Program-made: the position numbers and the translations under genes
The notes under the pieces: generated by a model
Database searches by the model: none
What the model was told of the DNA's origin: nothing
The model's input: only the letters and a program-made list of their open reading frames with translations
In this document: piece by piece, positions 7,290 through 16,892 of the stretch
Position numbering within the stretch: position 1 is the stretch's first letter
Layout: each line of letters starts with the position of its first letter
Assembly (NCBI GenBank): GCA_966211585.1
Contig: CBIHNU010000013.1
Coordinates: forward strand, 36,384-100,383
From: an uncultured Noviherbaspirillum sp.
GTDB taxonomy: Bacteria; Pseudomonadota; Gammaproteobacteria; Burkholderiales; Burkholderiaceae_D
DNA: 64,000 nucleotides
Direction of reading: 5' to 3'

Positions 7290-9176
7290 ATGTCGGCATC
7301 AATGCTTGCCATGGTCGGGACGGACGAAACAAAAAGCGTTCGCGAGTTGCTGGCCGATCCGATTTTCGAGAAAGCGTCCTATCTGGGGTTGGCCCGTCTG
7401 CTCCCGTACACATCCGAAAGAGTATTTCAGACAGGCGAATATCTGTACCGCGCCGGTCAGCAGGCTGACGAATTTCTCTATCTGCTGGAAGGCAAGGTCA
7501 AGCTGGTTTCGCAGAAGCAGCAGGAGATCGCTCTTGACAGTCGCCGGCTAGGGCAGGAGGCGGCCACCGATTTCGATCATTACCTTGCGGATGCCATCGC
7601 GCTCTCTCCGGTTCGGGTTCTGGTCATTTCACGAAAACACCTCGCATCGCTGTTTGAAACCCGCCCCGGCCTGCGTGCAAAGTTCTACTTTTCCCTGATG
7701 CAGACCTTTACAGGCGACCATCTGCATCCGCCGGAACGTCCCGCGAAAGAGGTTCTGCCCTTGCCGAATGCCGGCAAGGAGCCGGAACGGATTGCAACGC
7801 TGGTCGGCTGGCTGCTCACCTTCATCGCGCCGGCGCTGATTCTTTATTTCGGCCACGGCTGGGGGCTGGAAAACGATGCGCGCTATTTTCTCGCGATCTT
7901 TTCGTCGACCATCGTAATGTGGGTTTTCACGCTGGTCGATGAATACATTCCCGGAATTTTTGCGTTGCTGGCGACGCTGGCAATGGGACTGGTGCCGACG
8001 CCAGTCATCCTGTCAGGCCTCGCGTCAGACGGTTTCATGCTGGCGATGAGCGTACTCGGGCTTGCGGCCGTCATCGTCTCGTCCGGCCTCAGTTACCGGC
8101 TGCTGCTGGTGTTGCTGATGCGGCTGCCGAACACCGCGTTCTGGCAGAACAGCGCGCTGGTCGGACTCGGTTTCCTGCTGACCCCGTTGATCCCGTCGAT
8201 CAATGGCCGGGTCGCACTGGTGACGCCGTTCCTGTCCGACATGCTGGAGATACTGCATCATAAATCCAGGGGGCCTGCCGCCAACCAGCTTGCGGTGTCC
8301 GCATTTGCCGGTGTCAGCCTGTTGTCGGGCGCCTTCCTCAGCAGCAAGTCGGTCAATTTCGTGATTTTCGGTTTGCTGCCTGACCAGATACAGGATCAGT
8401 TCCAGTGGCTGAACTGGCTGGCCGCTTCCGCCGCCACGGCTCTGGTGCTGCTGGTTCTGTACATCGTGATGGCCATGGCGCTACCCGGCGGCCGCGAGCC
8501 GTCGAAGCTGTCGAAAGAGCAGTTGCAGATCCAGCTGTCGTTACTCGGCAAGTTGAAGCATCGGGAATGGGCCGCGATATGCGGCGTGGTCCTGTTCATG
8601 CTCGGCGTCGTCACTACCTCGCTGCACAAGGTGTCGTCCCCCTGGCTGGGCATGGCGATCCTGTTCGGCATGTTGCTGTTCGGCGCGTTGAACAAGAACG
8701 AATTCAGGGAAAAGATCGATTGGCCGTTCCTGATCTACCTCGGCGGCATCGTTGGCATCACCAGCGCCATCAATTACCTCGGCATCGGGCAACTGATTGC
8801 TTCGCACCTACCTTGGCTGGGCGAATACATGCACACCAATTTCAGCCTGTTCGTGCTGTTGCTGAGCGGTGTGATCTTCATCGTTCGCCTCGCCGTGCCG
8901 ATCACCGCCACCATCGTCATCATGGCGACCATCCTGATGCCGGTTGCGGTGCACTACGGCGTCAATCCATGGGTAGTCGGTTTCATCATCCTGATCATCG
9001 GGGAAATGTGGTTTTTTCCGTATCAGTGCTCGTACTACCTGCAGTTCCGGCAATTGACCAAGGGCCGGGTCTACGATGAAAACCTGTTCCTGAAATTCAA
9101 TGCCTTTTCCAATCTCATGAAGCTCGCGGCGATTTACGCATCGATGCCTTACTGGAAGTCGCTGGGGCTGCTATGA
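7290..9176 (+). CDS. Cyclic-nucleotide-binding domain fused to SLC13/DASS-family anion transporter
   Basis: N-terminal CNB-like fold (VFQTGEYLYRAG...FLYLLEGKVKL...VRVLVISR), Pro-rich linker, then many hydrophobic segments resembling DASS/CitT (EKIDWPFLIYLGG; EMWFFPYQ). RBS GGGAG. Confidence 0.8.
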   Translation: MSASMLAMVGTDETKSVRELLADPIFEKASYLGLARLLPYTSERVFQTGEYLYRAGQQADEFLYLLEGKVKLVSQKQQEIALDSRRLGQEAATDFDHYLADAIALSPVRVLVISRKHLASLFETRPGLRAKFYFSLMQTFTGDHLHPPERPAKEVLPLPNAGKEPERIATLVGWLLTFIAPALILYFGHGWGLENDARYFLAIFSSTIVMWVFTLVDEYIPGIFALLATLAMGLVPTPVILSGLASDGFMLAMSVLGLAAVIVSSGLSYRLLLVLLMRLPNTAFWQNSALVGLGFLLTPLIPSINGRVALVTPFLSDMLEILHHKSRGPAANQLAVSAFAGVSLLSGAFLSSKSVNFVIFGLLPDQIQDQFQWLNWLAASAATALVLLVLYIVMAMALPGGREPSKLSKEQLQIQLSLLGKLKHREWAAICGVVLFMLGVVTTSLHKVSSPWLGMAILFGMLLFGALNKNEFREKIDWPFLIYLGGIVGITSAINYLGIGQLIASHLPWLGEYMHTNFSLFVLLLSGVIFIVRLAVPITATIVIMATILMPVAVHYGVNPWVVGFIILIIGEMWFFPYQCSYYLQFRQLTKGRVYDENLFLKFNAFSNLMKLAAIYASMPYWKSLGLL

Positions 9177-10207
9177 AAAAACTCCGGTTGGCGATGATCG
9201 TCGTTTTTCTGGTTGCGTTGGCGGCGACCGTGGTGGTGTTCAATACCACCAAGCCGCGGCTGTTGATCCTACAGAGTTACGACCGCGACTATGCGTGGAC
9301 TCGGGATGTCGATGTCGGCATCAATCGCGTGCTCAAGGACCGAAATGACTATTCGGTGCGCTGGTTTTACATGGATACCAAGAGCCATCCTTGGCACGAC
9401 TACAAGGTCAACGTCGGGAAAACGGTCAAAAAGCTGATCGAGAACTGGCAGCCAAACGTCGTCATTGCAGTCGATGACGATGCGCAGAAATATGCAATGG
9501 AATCGTTCATCAATCGCCCGGACATCAAGATCATCTTCTCCGGCATGAATGGCTCCCTGGCCGACTACGGTTACGACAAGGCGAACAATGTGACAGGCAT
9601 CCTGGAGCGCAAACCTTTTAAGGCGGTGAAGGAAACGCTGCTGCTGATCGCCTCTTCGCAAAACCGCACGCGTCCTGTGCGCATCATGTTTCTTGGCGAT
9701 GCGTCCGAGTCTGTGCATAACGATGAACAGGAATTCAGAAAATTCGACTGGGGGCCGATCCAGGTGCTCGATTCGCGGTTTGCAAAGACCTTCGACGATT
9801 GGCGTTCCGCCATCGAGTTTTGCAATAACAATAATGTGGATTTCATCATTACCGCGAATTACCGGAAAATCCTCAGGGAAAAGGGCGTCAAGGGCCTGAT
9901 GCCGGTGCAGGAAATTCTCCAGTGGACCGATCAGAATTCACGCGTGCCGCTCATCGGGACGAATGCCTTTTTTGTCGAGGACGGCGGCTCGCTGGCGATC
10001 GGTACCTCGCCTTACGAACAGGGCGAAGTCGCGCTGTCGATGGCAAACGACATTTTGTACAAGGGAAAAAAGACGAGCGATATTCCGGTGCAGTCCACCA
10101 GGCAGTTCGTGGTCGCCATGCGCGCGTCGGGGATCAAGAAATGGAATATCAAGCTGCCGACGGTCTATGAATCCGCGGCGCGCTCGTCGGCCAACTTCTA
10201 TCCGTGA
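9173..10207 (+). CDS. Membrane-anchored ABC-type solute-binding protein (ABC_sub_bind-like)
   Basis: N-terminal hydrophobic anchor, 'LILQSYDRDYAWT', 'PNVVIAVDDDA', 'NVTGILE', 'GEVALSMANDILYKGKKTSDIPV'. ATGA overlap with the upstream gene. Confidence 0.8.
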   Translation: MKKLRLAMIVVFLVALAATVVVFNTTKPRLLILQSYDRDYAWTRDVDVGINRVLKDRNDYSVRWFYMDTKSHPWHDYKVNVGKTVKKLIENWQPNVVIAVDDDAQKYAMESFINRPDIKIIFSGMNGSLADYGYDKANNVTGILERKPFKAVKETLLLIASSQNRTRPVRIMFLGDASESVHNDEQEFRKFDWGPIQVLDSRFAKTFDDWRSAIEFCNNNNVDFIITANYRKILREKGVKGLMPVQEILQWTDQNSRVPLIGTNAFFVEDGGSLAIGTSPYEQGEVALSMANDILYKGKKTSDIPVQSTRQFVVAMRASGIKKWNIKLPTVYESAARSSANFYP

Positions 10208-10315
10208 AGACGCATATTGCTTGCGCGTGCTCGATCATATTTGCCGGGAGCCGCGCATATCGGCGTACGTGTTGCGATAGAGGAGCAATCGCCAACCCGG
10301 GAGGGACATTACAAA

Positions 10316-12217
10316 ATGAACTCTGCTAGCACACGCAAGTTGCCGCTGCACCCAAGAAGCTGGCCGATTGCGATCAAGCTCGCCGTCGCGCTGGCGCTCG
10401 CATCCTTGCTGCCGATGCTGATCGTGTCGTACCACAATCTGCAGCAAAGCATAGAAGTCACTGCGGAACGCGAATCCGAGGAACTGGAGCAATTGGCATC
10501 CAGTACAGGCGCGCGAATCGATCAATTGATCAAGGACACCGGGCACACCATCTCCTACTTCAGCTGGAGCGAGGAAGTGGTCCGTCTCGCCGCCGCACCC
10601 GACAAGAGCAGCCGCGAGCGGGTGGAAGACAAGATGGCGCGCCTGATGACAGCCAATGAAGACATCGAGCTGTTCATGGTGCTCGATGGCGGCGGCAAGG
10701 TGATCGCATCGAGCAAAGCGCAGTATGTCGGCCGCAAGCTGAATTTTCGGGATTATTTCAAGGAGGCGAGCAGGGGACGGGATTTCATCTCGGATCTCGA
10801 AGTCGGCACGGCCAGCCACAATCCCGGAATGTATTTTTCGGCGCCGGTACGCACTGCGACCGGCCGTGTATCCGGTGTGGCGGTGCTGAAGCTGAAAGGT
10901 GATGCGATCCGGATCATCATGGAGGAGGCGCGCAACCGCGAAGCCCGGCTGATGACCTTTCTGGTCGATAAGGACGGCATCATCATTTATCACCCCGAGC
11001 GAAAAGTTCTCTATCACAGCCTTGCACCGTTGCCGGCCGAGCTGCAGAAAAAATTGATCGACGAGAAGCGCTTTGGCGTTGATGTCGATGTGATTCACAG
11101 TTTCAATCTGCAGGATCTTGCAGGCAAGATGATCAATGCCAGGCAGCCGGACCACGCACGCTACCTGTCCCCGATCAGCAAGGTGCCGGAAATCGTCGGC
11201 TTCGCACCCACGCTGCGAAAGAACTGGCAAGTAGCGGTTGCCGAAACCGAGGATGCCTATGCCAGGCCGCTGCAGCAGTTGTTCCGCAATGCCGTCACCA
11301 GCGTCGCGCTGATCGGGCTGATCTTTGTCGGCCTCGCCTTCCTGTTCGCGCGCACGTTCACTCGTCCGTTGAAGGCGCTCACCGATTCCGCCGGCGCCAT
11401 CGAAAGAGGCGATCTGGAGCAGGCACATGTCGCTGTCTCGACGGAGGACGAGCTGGGACGCTTTACGCATACCTTCAATTCCATGATCGACGGCATCAAG
11501 GCAAGACAGCGGGAACGCGACATTTTCGGACGCATGGTTTCGCCGCAGGTAAGAGAAAAACTGCTGACCGGCGAATTGAAACTGGGCGGCGAAAACTTGC
11601 GGGTTTCGGTGCTGTTTTCCGATATCCGCGGTTTCAGCACGATGTCGGAAAAAATGAGCCCGCATGACGTCGTGATGCTGCTGAACGAATATCTGAAGGA
11701 AATGACCGAGGCGGTGCAGCCGTGGGGCGGTTACGTCAACAATTTCATCGGCGATGCGATCGTCGTGATTTTCGGCGCGCCGGAAGCGCGCGCCGAATGC
11801 GAGTTCTCCGCGATACGGGCCGCGCAGGCAATGAAAGTCCGTCTCGACGTACTGAATCGGCGGCGTGCCGAGCTGGGCGACCCGCCGATCATCACCGGCA
11901 TCGGCATCAGTACCGGCAAGGTGGTGGCAGGGCAAATCGGATCGCTGGAACGCTTCATGTATACGGTGATCGGCGATGCCGTCAATGTCGCCGCCCGCCT
12001 CGAAGGGTTGACCAAGGAATTCGACGGCAACCCGATCCTGGTGAATTCGGCAACCTATGAGGGCTGCCGCCAAAAGCAAATCGAAATCCAGTTCATCGAT
12101 CAGGGCTTGCAAAGGGTGAAGGGCAGGGAAGAACCGGTCCACGTGTATGGCGTGTATCCGGATGACAGCGCGGGCACGGATACCGCGCCACCGGCAGAGC
12201 AATCGCTGGTACGGTAG
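10316..12217 (+). CDS. Class III nucleotidyl (adenylate/guanylate) cyclase with periplasmic Cache domain and HAMP
   Basis: TM-Cache (FRDYFKEA, GMYFSAPV)-TM-HAMP (DELGRFTHTFNSM)-cyclase. Motifs FSDIRGFS, NNFIGDA, GIGISTG, YTVIGDAVNVAARLE, VKGREEPV. Confidence 0.9.
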   Translation: MNSASTRKLPLHPRSWPIAIKLAVALALASLLPMLIVSYHNLQQSIEVTAERESEELEQLASSTGARIDQLIKDTGHTISYFSWSEEVVRLAAAPDKSSRERVEDKMARLMTANEDIELFMVLDGGGKVIASSKAQYVGRKLNFRDYFKEASRGRDFISDLEVGTASHNPGMYFSAPVRTATGRVSGVAVLKLKGDAIRIIMEEARNREARLMTFLVDKDGIIIYHPERKVLYHSLAPLPAELQKKLIDEKRFGVDVDVIHSFNLQDLAGKMINARQPDHARYLSPISKVPEIVGFAPTLRKNWQVAVAETEDAYARPLQQLFRNAVTSVALIGLIFVGLAFLFARTFTRPLKALTDSAGAIERGDLEQAHVAVSTEDELGRFTHTFNSMIDGIKARQRERDIFGRMVSPQVREKLLTGELKLGGENLRVSVLFSDIRGFSTMSEKMSPHDVVMLLNEYLKEMTEAVQPWGGYVNNFIGDAIVVIFGAPEARAECEFSAIRAAQAMKVRLDVLNRRRAELGDPPIITGIGISTGKVVAGQIGSLERFMYTVIGDAVNVAARLEGLTKEFDGNPILVNSATYEGCRQKQIEIQFIDQGLQRVKGREEPVHVYGVYPDDSAGTDTAPPAEQSLVR

Positions 12218-12398
12218 TCGCTCCCTCTTTTTACGAATTCCCGGCAACGCCGGCCAGGAGTCGTGCTCGCGTCCGCAGCGCGCCCGCATGATTCGCGAAG
12301 GCAGCACCGAAATGCCGTCAGCCGGCGGCGATTTGCGCCTCGAACGCTGAGCGGCGGTTAAATCCTTTAAAATAGCGGCCTATCTTAGGATTCAAATC

Positions 12399-13511
12399 AT
12401 GGCCATCTCGACAACACAAGAAATCACCGCAGAACTGCGCGCCGGCCGCATGGTCATCCTGGTGGATGAGGAAGATCGCGAGAACGAAGGCGACCTGGTG
12501 CTCGCAGCGGAATTCGTGACGGCCGAGGCGATCAATTTCATGGCGAAATACGGCCGCGGCCTGATCTGTCTGACGTTGACCGAAGAGCGCTGCAACCAGT
12601 TGCACCTGCCGATGATGACGAGCCGTAACGGAACCTCCTACGGCACCAACTTCACCGTATCGATCGAGGCCGCGGAAGGCGTGACAACCGGTATTTCCGC
12701 CGCCGATCGTGCGAAGACCGTGCAAGTCGCGGTGGCCCGCAACGCGAAGCCATCCGATATCGTGCAGCCTGGCCATATTTTTCCCTTGAAAGCGCAAAAG
12801 GGCGGTGTGCTGATGCGCGCCGGCCATACCGAAGCGGGTTGTGATTTCGCCGAGCTGGCGGGCCTGACCCCGGCCGCGGTGATTTGTGAAATCATGAAGG
12901 ACGACGGCACGATGGCACGTCTGCCGGATCTGATCGAGTTCGCGAAAGAACACGGCCTCAAGATCGGCACGATCGCCGATCTGATTCATTATCGCAGCCA
13001 GAACGAGAGCATCGTCGAGCGTATCGGTGAGCGCATCATGCATACCGCGCATGGCAGCTTCAGGGCCATTGCCTATCGCGACAAGCCGAGCGGCGGCGCA
13101 CATCTGGCATTGGTGCATGGCGAGCTGAACCCGGAACTGGAAACGCTGGTACGGGTCCATCAACCGGTATCACTTCTCGACCTGCTGGAAACCCAGGCAA
13201 CGACGCACTCCTGGACCATGACTTCGGCGATGGCCGCGATCAGCGCCGCCGAGCGCGGCGCGATGGTCTTGCTGAATTGCGAAGAATCGGCGGAACAGAT
13301 GTTCGCGCAGTTCGCTGCGCTGAATACTCCTGAGCAGAAACCGCAGCCGCGCGGTTCGCGCATGGACTTGCGCACCTACGGTATCGGCGCCCAGATCCTG
13401 AAGGATCTCGGGGTCGGCAAGATGAAGCTGCTTGCCAGCCCGAGAAAAATGCCGTCCATGACAGGCTTCAATCTTGAAGTGGTCGGCTACCAGGCCAATC
13501 CAGAGGCCTGA
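12399..13511 (+). CDS. ribBA: 3,4-dihydroxy-2-butanone-4-phosphate synthase fused to a degenerate GTP cyclohydrolase II domain
   Basis: [11 protein letters not shown] and [15 protein letters not shown] motifs. The C-terminal GCHII-like domain lacks the Zn-binding cysteines. Confidence 0.92.
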   Translation: MAISTTQEITAELRAGRMVILVDEEDRENEGDLVLAAEFVTAEAINFMAKYGRGLICLTLTEERCNQLHLPMMTSRNGTSYGTNFTVSIEAAEGVTTGISAADRAKTVQVAVARNAKPSDIVQPGHIFPLKAQKGGVLMRAGHTEAGCDFAELAGLTPAAVICEIMKDDGTMARLPDLIEFAKEHGLKIGTIADLIHYRSQNESIVERIGERIMHTAHGSFRAIAYRDKPSGGAHLALVHGELNPELETLVRVHQPVSLLDLLETQATTHSWTMTSAMAAISAAERGAMVLLNCEESAEQMFAQFAALNTPEQKPQPRGSRMDLRTYGIGAQILKDLGVGKMKLLASPRKMPSMTGFNLEVVGYQANPEA

Positions 13512-13648
13512 AAACCGCATCCGCATGAGCGGATAGTTGTTGTATTCTCCAATAACATCGCCGCCGCAAATTTTGCTTGCAGCAAGATATGCCATCATCG
13601 AGCGGTGGCCAGGCATCAACAGGCGCAGTTGCGCATTAAGGAATCATC

Positions 13649-14134
13649 ATGACCGTAGGAACATACGAAACCAACTTGGGCGGAGCAGGTTTGCGCGTCG
13701 GTATTGTGCAGGCCCGTTTCAATGAAGACGTATGTCACGGCTTGCTGTCCGCTTGTCTGGCGGAGCTCAAGCACCTCGGCGTTGCCGATGAAGACGTGCT
13801 GCATGTAACCGTGCCGGGCGCACTGGAGATTCCGCTTGCATTGCAGAAAATGGCGGAAACCCAGCAGTTTGATGCGCTGATCGCAATCGGCGCAGTGATC
13901 CGTGGCGAGACTTATCATTTCGAGCTGGTGTCGAATGAATCGGGAGCGGGCATCACCCGCGTCGGCCTCGATTTCGGGATTCCGATCGCCAATGCGGTGC
14001 TCACCACCGATACCGACGAGCAGGCGGAAGCACGGATGGAGGAAAAGGGGGCGGATGCCGCACGGGTCGCGATCGAAATGGCGAATCTTTCGCTGGCGCT
14101 TAACGAACTGGCCGACGTGATCGAGGAAGAGTAA
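13649..14134 (+). CDS. ribH: 6,7-dimethyl-8-ribityllumazine synthase
   Basis: [25 protein letters not shown] motifs. Confidence 0.95.
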   Translation: MTVGTYETNLGGAGLRVGIVQARFNEDVCHGLLSACLAELKHLGVADEDVLHVTVPGALEIPLALQKMAETQQFDALIAIGAVIRGETYHFELVSNESGAGITRVGLDFGIPIANAVLTTDTDEQAEARMEEKGADAARVAIEMANLSLALNELADVIEEE

Positions 14135-14137
14135 GAC

Positions 14138-14605
14138 ATGACCCAGAAAACTGCGCATGCGAACCCGAGCAAGAGCCGTACACCGCGTCATCGCGCACGC
14201 GAGTTTGCGCTTCAGGGACTGTATCAATGGTTGCTGAACAATGAAGATGCCGGCGCAATCGATGCGCATATCCGGCAGGCCCATGGTTTCGACAAGGCAG
14301 ACAGCGAGCATTTCGATGCGCTGCTGCATGGCACGATCAGGCAGGTGGCGGCATTACGTGAAGGTCTGGCGCCGTTGGTGGACCGGCCAATCGATCAGTT
14401 ATCACCAGTGGAACATGCGGCGCTGCTGATCGGCGCCTATGAGCTCAGCATGCATATCGAGATTCCATACAAGGTTGTCATCAATGAAGCGGTCGAGTTG
14501 ACCAAATCGTTCGGCGGCATCGATGGCCATAAATATGTGAACGGCGTGCTCGACAAGTTCGCCGCCAAGGTGCGCGACGCCGAAGTAGGCAACACCAAGC
14601 GTTGA
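14138..14605 (+). CDS. nusB: Transcription antitermination factor NusB
   Basis: [30 protein letters not shown]...YVNGVLD. Follows ribH. Confidence 0.95.
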   Translation: MTQKTAHANPSKSRTPRHRAREFALQGLYQWLLNNEDAGAIDAHIRQAHGFDKADSEHFDALLHGTIRQVAALREGLAPLVDRPIDQLSPVEHAALLIGAYELSMHIEIPYKVVINEAVELTKSFGGIDGHKYVNGVLDKFAAKVRDAEVGNTKR

Positions 14606-14675
14606 GCGTGCCCGATCAGGTGGCGAAGATCGCTATCGCTGCCCGCTCCGGGCAGCACTCGTAAAAGCTTCCGTG

Positions 14676-15869
14676 ATGAATTTCCCCAGCATCAATCCAA
14701 ACCTCGCTTCCCGTCTTGCCAATATCGCGCCGTTCCATGTAATGGAACTCGCGAAAATGGCAACAGAACTGGAAAAGCAAGGCCGTCACATCATTCATAT
14801 GGGGATCGGCGAACCGGATTTTACGGCGCCGCCACCGGTGCTGGAAGCCGCTGCACGGGCGATGGCCGATGGCAGGATGCAGTACACGGCCGCAACCGGC
14901 ATCCCGGCGCTGCGCGAGGCGATCGCTGCGCATTATCAGCATGTCTATGGTTTGAACATCGCGCCGTCACGCATCGTTGTGACGGCCGGCGCATCGGCTG
15001 CCCTGTTGCTCGCGTGTGCGGCGCTGGTAGAGAAGGATGCGGAAGTCCTGATGCCGGATCCATCGTATCCGTGCAACCGCCATTTCGTCGCGGCATTCGA
15101 GGGGCGGGCAACCATGATTTCCAGCGGGCCGGAACACCGATTCCAGTTGTCGGACGCCATGGTGCGCGAGCACTGGACACCTGCCACACGCGGCGTACTG
15201 CTGGCATCGCCATCGAATCCGACCGGCACCTCGATTAGGCGCGACGAACTGGCGAAGATTGTTGCGAGCGTCCGGGAGCGGAACGGCTTCACGATCGTCG
15301 ACGAGATTTATCAGGGGCTGACTTACGACGAGACGCCGTTCTCCGCGCTGTCGCTGGGCGAGGACGTGATTGTCATCAACAGCTTTTCCAAGTACTTCAA
15401 CATGACCGGCTGGCGGCTCGGCTGGCTGGTGGTGCCGGAAGCAATGGTGCAACCGATAGAAAAGCTGGCGCAGAATCTTTTCATCTGCGCCTCCAGCATC
15501 GCGCAGCATGCCGGTGTTGCCTGTTTTGTCCCGGAGTCGATCGCGATCTACGAACAGCGCAAGGCCGAGTTCAAGCGGCGCCGCGACTACATCGTACCCG
15601 CCTTGCGCGAGCTGGGATTCGGCGTGCCGGTTACGCCGGACGGCGCGTTCTATGTGTACGCGGATTGCTCATCGCTGTCCGACAATGCGGATCGGCTGAC
15701 GATAGCGATGCTGAATCAGGCCGGCGTGGTGCTGGTGCCGGGTCTCGATTTCGGGCCGCATACCGCGCGCCAATACATCCGCCTGTCTTATGCAACCTCG
15801 ATGGAAAATCTGCAGCAGGCCGTGAGCCGGCTACAGATTTTTTTCGCTTCCCATCGCGCACGGCAATAA
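14676..15869 (+). CDS. PLP-dependent aminotransferase class I/II
   Basis: GIGEPDF, SPSNPTG, VDEIY, NSFSKYFNMTGWRLGW (PLP lysine). Confidence 0.92.
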   Translation: MNFPSINPNLASRLANIAPFHVMELAKMATELEKQGRHIIHMGIGEPDFTAPPPVLEAAARAMADGRMQYTAATGIPALREAIAAHYQHVYGLNIAPSRIVVTAGASAALLLACAALVEKDAEVLMPDPSYPCNRHFVAAFEGRATMISSGPEHRFQLSDAMVREHWTPATRGVLLASPSNPTGTSIRRDELAKIVASVRERNGFTIVDEIYQGLTYDETPFSALSLGEDVIVINSFSKYFNMTGWRLGWLVVPEAMVQPIEKLAQNLFICASSIAQHAGVACFVPESIAIYEQRKAEFKRRRDYIVPALRELGFGVPVTPDGAFYVYADCSSLSDNADRLTIAMLNQAGVVLVPGLDFGPHTARQYIRLSYATSMENLQQAVSRLQIFFASHRARQ

Positions 15870-15871
15870 AA

Positions 15872-15902
15872 AACCCCGTCCTGTTTGATGCAGGGCGGGG
15901 TT
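15872..15902. terminator. Intrinsic terminator between convergent aminotransferase and SLT genes
   Basis: AACCCCGTCCTG-N7-CAGGGCGGGGTT preceded by an A-run (U-tract on the minus strand). Confidence 0.75.
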
Positions 15903-15938
15903 GTCGGCGAATCGGGCTTTGCGATTGGCGAATTCGAC

Positions 15939-16892
15939 TTATAGCGCTGCCAGTTGATCCGATTTTGCCGTTTTCAGGTCTGGTGCTTGTTCGGCGGCGG
16001 CAGACTCGCCGCCCGTGTCCGACTTGGTGTCCGCTGCACGTTTCGCCGGCGCTGCACTTGCAGAAGTTGTGTAGATCGGCACTTTCTTGCCCATCGCAAC
16101 TTCCTTCAGGCGATGGTACTCCGCCAGGACTTTGGCGCCGTAACCGAAATCGGAGTCAAATGCGCCTGCACCGACATACAGCTTCAGGCCCGCTTCGACC
16201 GAGCCGCCGCGTGTCACATAGTCTTTCAGGATAAGGGATCCAACCTTGATGTTCGCGACCGGATTCAATGCTGCCTTGACACCGCCAAGGTCTTGAAACT
16301 TGTCATGGTGCACTTTTGACATGACCTGCATCAAGCCTTGCGCACCGACGGGGCTTTCGGCAAACGGGTTGAAGCCCGATTCGATCGCCATCACGGACAG
16401 GATCAGCAAAGGATCGAGCTTGATTTCCTTGGCAGTCATGTAGGCGGCGGACACCAGCATGTTGGTGGCATCGGACGCGACCCGGTAGCGCCGGGACAGC
16501 CAGTTGGTAACCCATTGCTGCTGCCGCGAAGTGCCCATCATCTTGATGTCGGCCTCCTTGAGCGGTCCTGTTTGCTGCGGGGCAGTCGCACTCGCCTGAA
16601 TTTTGGAAGACACCGACTGCATCAGTGTCCCGACCTCATAGGGGGCGATGACCGTTTCGTCTGCATCTGCAGTGGCAAAGGGAGACAGGGCCTTCAATTG
16701 GTCGGCCAGATCCGGTTTCACAAACAGAATGCCAAGTGTACTGATTGCAATGACCCCCAGGACCATGAGGGCATGATGGGCGGTGGTGAGAAAGCCGCTG
16801 GCGGTGTCGCGGACGAAGACCGCCCACGTTGCCGACTGGCTTGCTTTTTTCCGGGTGAATTCGAGCGTTGCCCGGGTTGCACGATTTAACAT
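15939..16892 (-). CDS. Lytic transglycosylase (SLT domain)
   Basis: AIESGFNP.AES.VGAQGLMQVM, 'NIKVGSLIL'. RBS GGAGG before ATG 16892. Confidence 0.9.
   Translation of the reverse strand: MLNRATRATLEFTRKKASQSATWAVFVRDTASGFLTTAHHALMVLGVIAISTLGILFVKPDLADQLKALSPFATADADETVIAPYEVGTLMQSVSSKIQASATAPQQTGPLKEADIKMMGTSRQQQWVTNWLSRRYRVASDATNMLVSAAYMTAKEIKLDPLLILSVMAIESGFNPFAESPVGAQGLMQVMSKVHHDKFQDLGGVKAALNPVANIKVGSLILKDYVTRGGSVEAGLKLYVGAGAFDSDFGYGAKVLAEYHRLKEVAMGKKVPIYTTSASAAPAKRAADTKSDTGGESAAAEQAPDLKTAKSDQLAAL

Noticed and set aside
7290-12217. Pycsar-like anti-phage system (cyclase plus cNMP-sensing membrane effector)
   Set aside because: Known Pycsar cyclases are soluble and pair with small TM or TIR effectors. 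This cyclase has a TM-Cache-HAMP input and an SBP partner, and there is no defence-island context. Kept only as a remote alternative to the signalling model.
10235-12307. 690-aa minus-strand ORF
   Set aside because: Antisense shadow of the cyclase, typical of GC-rich codon bias.
12218-12398. FMN riboswitch upstream of ribBA
   Set aside because: No RFN core motifs (e.g. AGGGCGGGG.GAAATTCCC.ACCGG) are visible.
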